Shown here one piece after another: positions 37,332 through 49,600 of a stretch of DNA of 64,000 nt. The stretch spans positions 1,492,492 through 1,556,491 of the forward strand of contig CAJINV010000012.1 of the NCBI GenBank assembly GCA_905178155.1, given 5' to 3'. Below the pieces are notes generated by a model, which was not told the DNA's origin, ran no database searches, and was given only the letters and a program-made list of their open reading frames with translations. Both the position numbers and the translations under genes were made by a program. The stretch comes from Amoebophrya sp. A120 (lineage: Eukaryota > Protista > Dinoflagellata). How positions within the stretch are numbered: position 1 is the stretch's first letter; every line of letters starts with the position of its first letter.

Positions 37332-40300
37332 ATGTCTGAAACCGGAACACCAATCCTCTTCCGCTCCGTCCCTACCCACAAAACCATGTCCAAATCGCTC
37401 CGATTCTCTGTCGTCGTCCTCTCCGCAGGTGCGGTCTTGTCCGCGGCGTTTCGCCCCTCCTCCACCCCCGCGGCCAGTTTAGTGACAACAACCGAGCCCC
37501 CCGGCACCCCACGACCTACTTCCGCACTCCACACGGGCACGGCTGACCACATGCTGGAGTCCCATTTGGTGCAGAATTTGGACCTCAACTCTGTCCTCCA
37601 CTGGGCGTGCTCGTGCCGCGACTTGGGACGGGTCCGCCGCCGGTTGTGCCACCAAGCGCTGGAAAGTTTGCTTCGGTCCGCGGTCGAGCGACGGCAGCTT
37701 TCCGCCTGGTCTTCTCTGCGGCAGCACGCGAAACGGGGCAGCGAACTGGCCACCCGCGCGTGGGCGGATGCGGTTTTGAGTCAGGCGCGGGAGTACGGGT
37801 TGTGTGGCGACGAGGACATGTTCTCCAAGGTGGAAGAGGTGCACAGACCACACTTATTGTCCACTTCTCGAGGTGGTAATGATTCTGGAGGTGATACAGT
37901 TACCACGGGCAGGTCTGCTTCTACTACTTCCAGCAAAGGCAGCACGAACAGTACCTACTTCAACCTCTTTCCCCGGTACTACACCGGTGCTCCTACCGGC
38001 TTTGAGTGCGTGGAAACTCGTGGGGGCGGGTTCGACTACTGCGGTCCTGCTGGTGGTGCGGCAAGTTCCAGCTACAGCTACTTTGATAACGAACTGCACG
38101 GCGTTGACCACATTGTTAGCCGCGTAAGTGGTCATGGCGAGCCGCAGGGCCGTGCCCGGGTGGAACAAACTCAGTTTTCCGACGACCTGTCGGCCACCTT
38201 CGATCCGCCCTTTCCGCGGCAGGACTCCTCCTCTTCCTCCTCTGGCGGCGCAACTACTGACGATCGACCACTTTTGACCAAGCAAATGGGTACAGAATCT
38301 TGCCTGAAAGAGGATCTTCACACCAGCAGCTGCGCCAGTAAATCTGGTCGTCAAGAAATAAACCGCGCCCGCAGCCTGAGTCGGAGCTCCGGTGAGATTT
38401 CCAGCACCCGCGCGCCGAGCAGCCCGTGCTCGGGTTATTTGGGGATGGGATCAACAACATCTTCGGCGGCTGGGTCGAAGGCGGATTTTATGTATGATGA
38501 TGGAACTTGACAACGAAAACAATGTTGGCGATAGGCCGTGGTCTACTCCTTTCGGAGACGATTTTGGCGAGAGAGTGGAACAAGAAGAGCAGCTGCCACT
38601 GGCCCCGCGGAATAAGAAGGCGGATCCCGCAGCGGAATCAACTATCAGTACTGACACAAGAACAACTATCAATACTGACACAAGAATGCAAGGACAACTA
38701 CAGGGCTCTCAGCGACCTTCGACGGCCACCGGAAGAAGCGGCGAGGACACGGGCTGTTCTTGTCTCCCAGCAGCAGCAGGAAGCGAAACGATCAGAGCTG
38801 CCACCCAAGGAGGTTATACAACGCCCAAGAAAAACCACGACTGGGGGCAGCACGTAACCGCGCAAAATTTCTTCCACTACTTGGTGATGATCTCGTATCG
38901 TACGACGAAAGTGTCTCAGTCTCAACTTGTAATGCGCAACTCCCTTGAGACAGTTTTTTGTCATGCTCGAGATGCAAGAAAGGCGTCTTTCATTGGCGTT
39001 TTCCCTTGTGTCTGACGCAGCACAGGTTTTCTATGTCATGCTGAGCAAATTTGTGTTGCTGAGTCTGCAAGCGTGTCGGACTGAGACAGTTTTTTTCGTG
39101 CGATATCTCGTTACGCGGGAGAGACCTTTACGACGACACGTTTCAAGTCCCAAGTCCGTGCGCTTCGCCCCGCGAGAACAATCTGATAACTTCAACTCAG
39201 GGCGCGGAAGACGGACAGAGGACCACGATGAATCCCCACAGCGGTTCTTCTCAGTCACGTTTGATAGACCAGAACGCGCCGAGAAGTTGTAGATCTTCTG
39301 CCCCTCGCCGAAATATCAAATTCAAAAGTGTCTGGGTCTGGAACTTTGCGCGACTTGTCATGCAGGTTTTCCATGACCCATATGATCTGTAATGGAGGAC
39401 CTAGCATGACAGATTCCGTGAGATCACTATCATGCCTAGCATGCATGAGAAACTGCCTCTCAACTTGATAAGAAGTGGGCAGCATTTGGTAATCATGCAA
39501 CACAAATTTGTGCGTGATTCAGATTTAGCATGACAAGTTTCCAGACCCAGACACTTTTGCAGTGCATACGAAATCCGGTGAACCAACACGACCTGAAACC
39601 CGTCATCAACGCGATTCGGGAAATCGGCGTGTCCCCGCTTGTATGCACTGCAAATGTGTCTGGGTCTGGAAACTTGTGATGCTAGTTTGTGAATGATGGG
39701 CGTGCAACTCCATTGCGCAGCCACGCATCACAAGTTTCTGGGCACCTTTATGTTTCGCTTTCCGCATGGCAAACCGCACTTTTGCATGACAGGCAAACGG
39801 CTTTTTTCCTGCCCACGCATTACAGATGCAGGTGTCATGTGAGACAAGCATGACAAACTTGCATCCTTCCAGACCCAGACATCTTTGCAATCCATAGCTT
39901 TGCGGCCAGCCAGACCAGTTGGTGGCCTGTGCGGCGCTGGGAAACATCTTGGAAAACAAACATCTCCTCGGGAAGCGGCACTCGACCAGCACTTGCTACA
40001 AAAAATTTGATACCATTCAACATCGAGATGGTTTGTTAAATGGGTCTTCGAATGATCGTCCTTTTTCAGGAACTATATTACCTCTCAACAGTGGTGACGG
40101 CAGGGACGTCAATACCTACAAGGAAAAATCCGGACCGGGGCATACATCAGGAGCTGGGCTGTCGGATGATATTGAGATGGTGTTCGATCGTGACACTGCG
40201 CCGCAAGAGTCTCGATCTCCGAACCATCAGCACTTTATTTACGACCGGGCCGACGGCGCCAGACGCCCATCACCGTGTTCCACCTCTGCTTGTTCCTCTC

Positions 40301-41929
40301 TTAGAGCAAAACTCGCAAGAACGACCGCGTCCGCCGCCTCCCCGCGCACCATGATCAGGGAGCACATGATCCGTAATACTAAAGAGGAACAGACGGTGGA
40401 AGTGCTGGACGACGAAAACAACAATCCTAGCCGCGACTGTATTAACTCCGACGTCTCCGAGTCCGCCGTGCACGTTCTGATCGACTTTCTGCTGTGCGCG
40501 CCCCATTTGAAGGTTCGGGAACACGCGGCCAAGGCGCTCGCGAAGGCGAAGACTTGCGTGCCGCTGGTCGTGTCCGCACTGCAGGCGAGCTGCCGGAAGG
40601 GCGACAAACTCTGCGAAACCGTACGCGAGTCGCTGTGCGAACTCGCTTATGAACTGCAAAAGTACTATCGTACTACTAGAAATTGCATTACAAATTGACT
40701 TAGCATTACAAATTGAATTTGTAATGCAGATTTGCCTTAAGAAAGAGATTTGTAATGCATAAATGCAATTACTACGAGTGCGATACTGTTGCACAGGATA
40801 TCGCCGTGCAGGCGCACTCGGACGACGCGCTGGACTGCCTCCTGTCTACGGTGAACTGTTGCTTCCATTGTATGCACTGCAAAAGAAAAATCGTACTAGT
40901 ATGAATTGCATCACAAATTTTTCCAAAAACAAAAATGCAGTTTGTCATGCTATTTCAGGTAGAACGTTGGATTTGTGATGCATATCTGCAATTAATACGA
41001 GTACGACACTTTTGCACATGATACATTGCGGGGGGTCACGAAACTGTCGCGCGGATAATTCGAACATGCGGTGCTGGGCGGACAGCGAAACGGGGCGATT
41101 CACCATGATTGAAGCTTTGGGCCGCTTGGGGGACGAAGAAGATTGTTCCACTTCTACAACTCCAGAACGAATAGTAGAACAAGTAGATTTATCTCAGCAG
41201 CAGGATGTGCAGCGACAGGTCGCGGTGCAGCCGATGACTTCTGCGGGAGAAACGGCCGAGCGAAAAAAACTGTCGACAGAACAACCTGGCCGTGCGGTTC
41301 CTACATTAAGTAGACCACAGAAGAAGCCGCACAAGAGCCTGCTATCCCGTCATCCCCAGGTCGTGCCCTTCCTGCAACACCTTTCCGTTCGGGACGCGGA
41401 TCGCAATCCCTTGATTCAGCGCGCCGCGCGTAAGGCGCTGGCGAATTTAGCCATCAAGGGCTGTATCGCAAGTTTGGATGCGTTGGTGCAGTTATTGACG
41501 GAGCAAAAGCCGAGGTTTGAAATCGCCACACGGGTGGGGGCAGTGCGGAATTTGGGTCGGTTTTTGCGGGAAACGAGTAAGAGTTCTGAGCAGACCGGCG
41601 AAAAACAATTTTCCGGAACATCATCAAGATCATCCCAGCATTGTGTCTCTGGTGGTTTTACTGCGGCAACTCATGATATTAAAGGTGCTTCTACCACCAC
41701 TAGTCGCTTCAAGGACCAAGTTTCCCGCCTCGACGAAGATTTCGACTGTGTCGGCAAAAGCAGAAACAGCAAAACCCTCGTGCGGAACCAAATATTGCGA
41801 GCGATGCAGGAGGTGGTCGACGACGTCACGGATGACGCGCAGGTGCAGGAAGCGGCCAATGAGGTGCTGGACGAGTTTCACGCGAAGGACATTTTTGACC
41901 CGAAAACGTTACCGGGCTGGCCGGTTTGA
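37332..41929 (+). CDS. Large hypothetical protein with F-box-like N-terminal segment and HEAT/ARM-like C-terminal repeats, multi-exon
   Basis: Frame is continuous after a candidate 43-nt GT-AG intron (38492-38534) and removal of 5 introners; HEAT-like VREHAAKAL, IQRAARKALANL, TRVGAVRNLG, VQEAANEVL. Confidence 0.6.
38896..39105. mobile_element. Introner, variant TIR (type F)
   Basis: TATCGTACGACGAAAGTGTCTCAGTC...GACTGAGACAGTTTTTTTCGTGCGATA; DR TCTCG. Confidence 0.88.
39314..39568. mobile_element. Introner family A
   Basis: Family A TIRs; DR CGAAA. Confidence 0.92.
39642..39896. mobile_element. Introner family A
   Basis: Family A TIRs; DR GCTTG/GCTTT. Confidence 0.9.
40648..40800. mobile_element. 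Introner family C
   Basis: Family C TIRs; DR TCGCT/TCGCC. Confidence 0.9.
40871..41023. mobile_element. Introner family C
   Basis: Family C TIRs; DR CATTG. Confidence 0.9.
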
Positions 41930-43620
41930 GGTTGTTGTAAGTATCTTCGCGAACTAGAACTACTAGAGGTAGAGCTTCACGTTGACACCGCAGGGGCAGA
42001 TTTAGCAGAAGCATTGACCCGACAGAACAGAGTACAGGGAGGACACAGATGCTTCATATTGCTATAGAGGTAACTTTTTTTTTGAGGCAACCGATGAGAG
42101 AAATTCCTATCATGTTTTATTCGAGATTTTTACAGAATTTGTGCAAGTTGTGTGTACTTACTCTGTTGAACTTTTGCTTTTTATATTTTTCTGTCTGTAA
42201 AGTAAATTTTGTATATTATCCGCTTTCGACGATTGTAGATTTTTGATTTTGACATACGACTACACTCACGAGAATACTGACCTTTCCTATCTTGTTTAAT
42301 TTTGTAGTTGTGTTTCCATCCCGAGAATAAACCTACCACAGTTGTGTGAGAGTACTTTTTACCACGAGAAGATGTTAAATGTCGAAAAGTAATGTTTTCA
42401 AATCTCCACTTCCAGCCGCGAAACTTTCTTGTCAAAATGAAATGGACCTTATCAATGACATAAAACTCAGCTCCGCTTTGTCTCACCGCTTGAAGTCTTT
42501 GCAGTGAAACAAAACATTCACGACTACTACATTTTCGTTCGAGTAGTTGAGGTCTTCTGTGCCCCCCTCGATCTCCAGTTTTTTATTCTTATTGAGGGCC
42601 CCCAAGTTTCCGAGTTTTGTTGTCTGCTAAAAAAAGCTGTAACCACACGCGAAACGCAAACACACCATTTTACGACCGAGGAGGGTGCTGCGGTGGCGTG
42701 GCATCAGTCTCGAGTCAGAACGGAGGGGCAGATAGACGCCTTCCCGTTTTACCCCCTGTAGATAAAGTGCGTGTTTGTATGCGGCGATGAAAGTCCACGG
42801 CATAACGTGGAGACCCGTGGCACTAGAATAAATATGTATGACCCGACAGCTGCTGATGTTGAAATGCAGGGGTAGTAGATAGCTTTGTCTGTGCGCTTCT
42901 GAAACAAGTTCGTAAGATCCAAGGACCAAAAAGAGTAAAAGTTAACAAACCACGGACGCCGTGGAAAAAAAAAAAAAAAGTAGCTGCAGGTCCTAGTACT
43001 CGTCACCAACATAAATTCCAAGTTCAACAACACTGCAGCGCGGGACTCAGGCATGCTATACATAATTTCTTGTACTACGCATGGGTTTGGGGTGTTTACA
43101 TACATAGTGGCGTCGGTAGAAGATATTTTTACAGATCATCTTTGTAGCGACTGGTATATAGCATAGGGTTTAGGGCAAAGGCGTGTTTCCACGTCAGAGA
43201 GGCGACCACACTGCTCTTTCCTAGTCGTGTGCCAGTCCGCGAAAAGATGTAAACCCGCGGCTGTCTATCGAGGGACTGAGTAAGAGGCAACGCCAATCGC
43301 CACCTAATTCCGTCCGTCCGTTTTACACCTCAAAGTCAAAGTCAAAAGCTTCTCGTTCAGGTTGTCCTACTTTTTCAGCTTGTGGCTACCTGTAGAAGAT
43401 CTGTTCTTTTTTTTCTTTTGCTGGACTTGGATCACGATGGTCACGGTTGACTTTGACTTTCTTCTTCGTTTCGGTTGCTCGATGATATAAAAAAGTCTCG
43501 TGTACAACTAAGACTAACCCTATGTATCAGTTTTGTCTTGAGTGTGTCGACGACGTGTACCAGCTCTTCTGAAACACAGACACACATCAGTGTACGCGAG
43601 GGCATCGGAAAAAAAGTACC

Positions 43621-46600
43621 ATGCGTGGCGGTGCGTACACGCGCGCGGCTTTTCGTTATGCCAAGGCCCGGAACGAGCACTGCTCTTCCTGGGCCAAAAA
43701 CTTCAACCGCAACTTTATCCTGAGCAAAAACGTCCCCACCCCAGAGTCAAGATGGCGATCTCGCAACACAAATCCAGAGGTTTTGTCTGTAGCGCATGAC
43801 AAGTTGCCGTCCGTAATGTAGTGCAGGTTAGCAAGGTCATCCGCATTACAAACCTAGCTGCTCATTCTGTTTACAGCATCACAAATTTCAAAACACGATT
43901 GCAAATGCCTTTCATGGGGCTGCGCATCACAAGTTTGCTTGTCATTGCGAATGATCTGCATGACAACTATGGTGTGGGGACGTTTTTATTCACGATAAAC
44001 TTTGCCTCGGGCGGAGCCTTTTACGTGAATGGCAGCATGCCAAATTTTGCCGGCGGCGGGGCAGCGAGCTTTTTCGCCATGGGGGAGCCGATGCCGGTTA
44101 CGGGATTTGCGGAACAGCACACGGTCGGGAATTCACTCACCTGCAATGGAATGACCGAGTTGACAAGTACTGATGAAGTTATTTCTTTTCGGAACGTAAG
44201 TACTGATTCAATTTCGGTACTATTTGATTATACATCCGTACTACTTTTTAGCATGAGAAACTTTGTTGATGCACGTGGATGGGATTCTTTATACATGCAT
44301 GGATGGAATTGGAAAATTTCTGTTCACTAAAAATGGCAATGAAAGCGACGTTTGTTCAACAATAAAATCTATCAAATGCAAAAATGTCTGGGTCTGAAAG
44401 GTTGCCAGGTTTGTCATGCATAGTTTGCATGACCCATGATGCTTGTAACGCATGGCCTAGCATCACAGACTTTTGGAGGGCATCCTGATGCCTATTCCGC
44501 ATGACAAAGAGGAAAACGGAGAAGATAAGGAGGTAGAGGGGGAGAATAAAGAAGAGGAGTCGGACCACGTAGCTCTGCTAGCAGACATAGTGTGGATCCC
44601 AGAGCCCGAGAAGCCCACAGAAGAACAAAAACAGAAGAAAGAAAAAGAGCAAAAGAGGTGGAAACTTAACGCGCGCTATACGCTGATGGTGCCGACAGTT
44701 GAAAGCTCAAGGCAGCGAATTGAGATCATAAAAGGGAAAGAAAGACTTCAGAAGAAAAACCCTGGCACGCAGCTGGTGAAATGGCCGAGAAAGTCGGTGA
44801 CGTTAGAAAGACTACAGCAAGTGATGGAAAAAGCAGGGACGGTGCCAGAAAATCGCAGGAGCATGCTAGGGATGCAAAAATGGCTGATGGAGAAACTAGG
44901 CGAGGCAGGCGTGCTGAAACTAAAAGAAGTACCGAAACAGGACGCGAATTACGAAAATTGGCAGAAGAAGAAAAAAGAAGAGCGGAAAACGCAGGAGAAA
45001 GAGGAGAAGAACGAGGAAACCGCACGACGACAGGAGCAGAAATCGAAACAGGACGAAATGGAAAAGGCATGGCTGGCGTCATTCGCAGAGAAGCCAAAGA
45101 AGGAAGAGAAAAACGAGAAAGCGGCTTATGAGACAGCTAGAAAGGTAAAAGAAGCTGCGTGCGGGGTAGGCAGAGGAATGCCGATGGGGGAGGCGAAAGA
45201 AGTAACAGTAGGCGGCACACTAGTGCAAGGGGTAGAAGCAGCGACAGAAAGGATAGCGAGTAGCCACCTCCTCAAGTGTGAATTCGTGAGAAAGCAAAAT
45301 GACAAAAAGCACACATATGACGGAAAAGAGCTCGAAAAAGCGCTACGACAGCTCACGCAAGCATGTAAAGAAGTAAAGAGCATACGACTTACGGGGCCAC
45401 AATTGCAAGCACATGTCTCAAAGTTAAACAGTGAAGCAGCAGGCATGGATGGGCTCCGACAAGGAATATACCGCGCCCTCACACCAGAACAATACCAAGT
45501 GCTAGCAGAGGTGTTTAGTAGGTTTTTAAAAGAAGTGGAGGAGTATGAGATGAAAAGAAACGAGGGAAGGGGGCCGAAGCTCCTGGAGGAGCACCTCAAC
45601 GCGGTGCAGGTGGAACTGTTGAAAAAACAAACAGCAGCAACAACGGCAATAGAAAAGATCCGGACCGTGATACAGGGGACAGCGATGGTGAGGGTGTTGC
45701 TGAGCGTAGTGGTATATGAAATGGCGCGGGTAGCCGACAAAAGTGACGCATTCACCCGATGCGGATCAGCATCAAAACCAGGAGCAAGCTGCCAAGCCAC
45801 AGCGCTGCAGGTCCTGGAGACATGTCACGAGGGGGAAGAGAAGGGCGAAGCGGAAACACCGGATGAAAGAAAGGAGGGAGGTAATGGGAAAGGGAGAAGA
45901 AGAAAGGAGACGGTAGTCTTTGGGCTAGATGCGTCCAACTATTTCAACAATATAGGGCTACCGAGGGCAGTAGCAGCATACAGAGCTGCAAAACTACACC
46001 CGTGGTTCATAAAGTTGATAATAGTAACAGCGTGGACGAAGGATTTATGGATCAGAAACGGGGATTGTTACGGACACGTGCTAAGACATCGCGAACTCAT
46101 TCAGGGCGCAGTAGAAACGATGTTAGCGGGGACCCTGATCTTCCTCCCAGGAGTAGAAATAATCGCGGAATTCCTCGAAGAAATCTTTAATGAAGACGGT
46201 AGGGCTGAAGAGGAAAGGCTAAAAGCAGCAGAAGCCAAGATGAGAACGAGGATTAAAAGGCTTTACAAGGGGGGCGATATCGATACAACTTTCCCCGATT
46301 ACAATGTCAGAGAAGAAGTCGACGAGATCTACCTTAAAGAAGCCCCGCCAGTAGTCACGGGATACAGAAAGGGAGAGAAGGTAACGACAGAGCAGGGAAA
46401 AAGAAAGGTGAATGAGAAAAGAAAAAGGGTGGAGACTCGATACTACTCAGGAACACTCCCCGGAGATGGGAAAAGAAGATGGACCCTATGCGTGCAATAC
46501 GTGGACGATGGCACAGTTGTAATAAAGTTCTTTATCGAAGATATGCAAATAGTAGCGCGCGCGCTCAGAGCAGCAAGCTGGGCATATGAGGAAATCTACG

Positions 46601-49600
46601 CAACTGAAGGACAATTCTTGGCACCACAGAAGTGTGAAGTTGCAACGTCGATAGAAGACCCGCTGAAGGTAAACGTGATCAGACAGGCCTTCCAGCCTTT
46701 CGGGATTCTGTTCGAGGAAAAGACATTTCTGAAGATTCTGGGGATCAAAATAGTGCCGAAAGACAAAACGGAGCAAGCCAAGGCCCTGAGGGGACAGGTA
46801 AGACAAAGTATAGGGATAGGGCAACACCTGGCGCACCAAGTAATGGCGAAAAGGGGAAGACTTAACGGCGAGGAACTCACGTGGGTAGTGCAGGTTTTCT
46901 TTGTGTCGGCAATGATATACTTCCTGCCAGTGATGCATTTATATTTCGACCTAGGAGACTGGGCGGAATTGATGGGCGAAATGGCGCTGACAATAGCTGA
47001 AACACTGGGAATGACAACGGAGGCAGTGGAGGAGCTGATGGCCCGAACAGAAACAACGGCGGAGGCATTCTATAGGGTAGTGCTCGGGATGAATTTACTC
47101 GGACTAGCTGACCCGTACACGATGGGACTGAAAACGTTACGGGCAACGGCGCAGGCAAACTACCTAACAGACCCGGCCTTGTTCGCACCATTAGCAACGA
47201 CGCCAGTGAAGGTAGTAGGCGAAGCAAAGGCGGGCATCCCGAAAACAGAAGAACGAAAAATGCTGAAAAGAAAAGAAGCCGACATAGCACTGCTGCGGGC
47301 GCTGAAGGATGGCGCGACAGTTAGGCTATCGCCGGGGAGTGACCTGCGTGCAGTGGGGATCGTGAAGGAGAGAAGCGCGCGGGGTCCCCCAAGGGTAGAG
47401 GATCAGTATACACACAGGGGGAGCGCGGGTTTGGTAGTCAGCAGGAACAGAAAAGGAGGCCTCGGGAAGAAAGGGCAGAGCGATAGGATGCAAAAAATAT
47501 GGGTGAAGCATGCCGGAAATGAAAGAAGTACAACCGTCACAGTACAAGAGGCAAGTGAAAGGACGGAGAAACACATGAGGACGATAGAGACAAAAGTGGA
47601 GCACCTAAAGACTGAAATAAGAACAGAGGAAAGGACTTTCGTGGCATACTGCAACAACGCAATGAGGGCCATAGAAATAGTCACAGAGAGGAGGAAGAAA
47701 GAAGGCGGAGCGGTGCAGATTATACTGCTAGACTACCACGAGTTAAGGGAGAAGACGCGGGGGATACTACGAAAAGGGCATGGGATAGGCTTGGAGCTAC
47801 AGGAGACAATAGAAAAAGCCGAAAGTGAGGACCCGGGCCTAACCATAGTAACGAGATGGGGAAAAGGAACTGCAAGCAGAGCAGAAGCGACAAGAAATAT
47901 AGACGGAGGGACCAAAGAAGAGATACCGCTCAGGGTGGCCAACGTGTTAAATCACGACAATGAGTATACGGACTGGGTGCGGTTCGACTTTGGGACGAAG
48001 CGGATTCCACTGAAACCGGTGTGGGAATGGCCGGAAATGCCAAAAATAGAAAGGCAGGTATACATACATAGGAAAATGAAAGATGAGGAGACAGAAGGGG
48101 ACAAAAAGAAAGAAAACGCAGAAGACGGGGATGGTGACGAAATGAAGCAAGGCTTAGGAGAGAAAGACAGCGCGAAATCTCAAAAGAAGAAAGAAGCGAA
48201 AAAGAACACCAACACAGAGAGGGTAGGAAAGGGGAGTGGCGCCGCAAGTAGTCAAAGTAGAAATAGCCGGGCAAATGTAGAAAGAAAGCAAGAAGAAAAA
48301 GGGGAAGAAAGAAGGGAAGGAGAGACACTCTCTGAAACTATACTGCGACTAATCGAGAAAGAGAAGAAGAAAGCAGAGGAAACTGGTGACGAGATGGCGC
48401 AGGGGGCATTCAGAATAATCCAAAAAGCGACGAAACTGTTGCAGGAGGTAGAGGAGGCGAACAAAGAAGACGATGGTAGAAAGTCAAACGAAAAAGAAAG
48501 GGGGCGGGAGGAAGGAGACCAAGAAGAAAGGATCAGCGAAGACGGAGAAGAGGAAGAAAAAAAAAGTTTCTACGGGGCGCAAGAATATGAAGGCACTCGG
48601 AGAGGATACGTGTTTAAAAGAGGGGCGATGGGACAGGGATACTATATAGATCAGGGTCCAGAAGAGGCAACGCGAACACTTTTTCGGAATCTGGTGGCGT
48701 GGGGGGAGGAGGAGCAAAGGGACGCGATTAATAAGGAGCGGGCGGAGGAAGGTCAAGACGAAAAAGTGGCGGACCAAGAGCAGCAAAAACGGAGAAAAGT
48801 GGAGAAACAAGACAAGGAAGCGAACCAAAACGGTGGCAACGAGGACGAAAAAAAGAAGCGAACGACGGAGGCCTCCAACTTCCCCACAGTCGAGAAATTA
48901 ATGGCAGATGACCCCATGACATTGATGCAGAAAGAGAATGAACAGCGGGAGAAGGAGAAGAGGATACAAGAGGAGAAGAGGAGGAGGAGGCAAAGGCAGT
49001 ACGAAACTCCTATGCAGCGAGAACTAGCCCAAATGTATAGAGCCCTAGAAAAAGAAAACAGCGATGGAAAATGAATGAAGAAAGAGAAAATAGTGACTGC
49101 AGTGTGTTTCTTTTTTTCTTTTGGACGAGATTGATGAATGAGTAGCAAAGTAGAGGCAATATGAGGCCTCATACGTGAATGAAATAAAGGAGCAAAGAAG
49201 ACACAGACCGGGGCTCAAAGCGAAAAAGAAAATGCGGGGTGTTCTGGCGGGTGCAGAGGGAAGAGCGTAGACACAAAAAGTAACAGAAAAGAGCGACAAA
49301 AAATGAGGCGACTGCGTATGGATCTCCGTTCGACACGTTCCCGCCAGCCCGGAGGGGTGCGGCGATGCTAATCATTTCGTTCCCGCCAGCCGTAAAGGCA
49401 CGGCGCTGCTTTTCCTCTCCTTGTACCGGCGAACCGCACGCACTGACGCGTTAGGAAACGAAAAGAAAAAGAAAGAGAAGAAAGAAAAACTATATAAAAG
49501 AAGTGGCGCCAGGGTTGCTAATTTAAAAGACTGCGCTAATGCAGCGCCCCCCTTCCCCAAGGGGTCCCCCCGGGGCGGGCGCGATGGCGGCTCTGCGAGT

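Noticed and set aside
38640-38686. 24-bp in-frame tandem duplication
   Set aside because: Ordinary slippage in low-complexity coding sequence
44473-44508. N-terminus of the 1533-aa ORF
   Set aside because: It is introner sequence upstream of the retrotransposon junction
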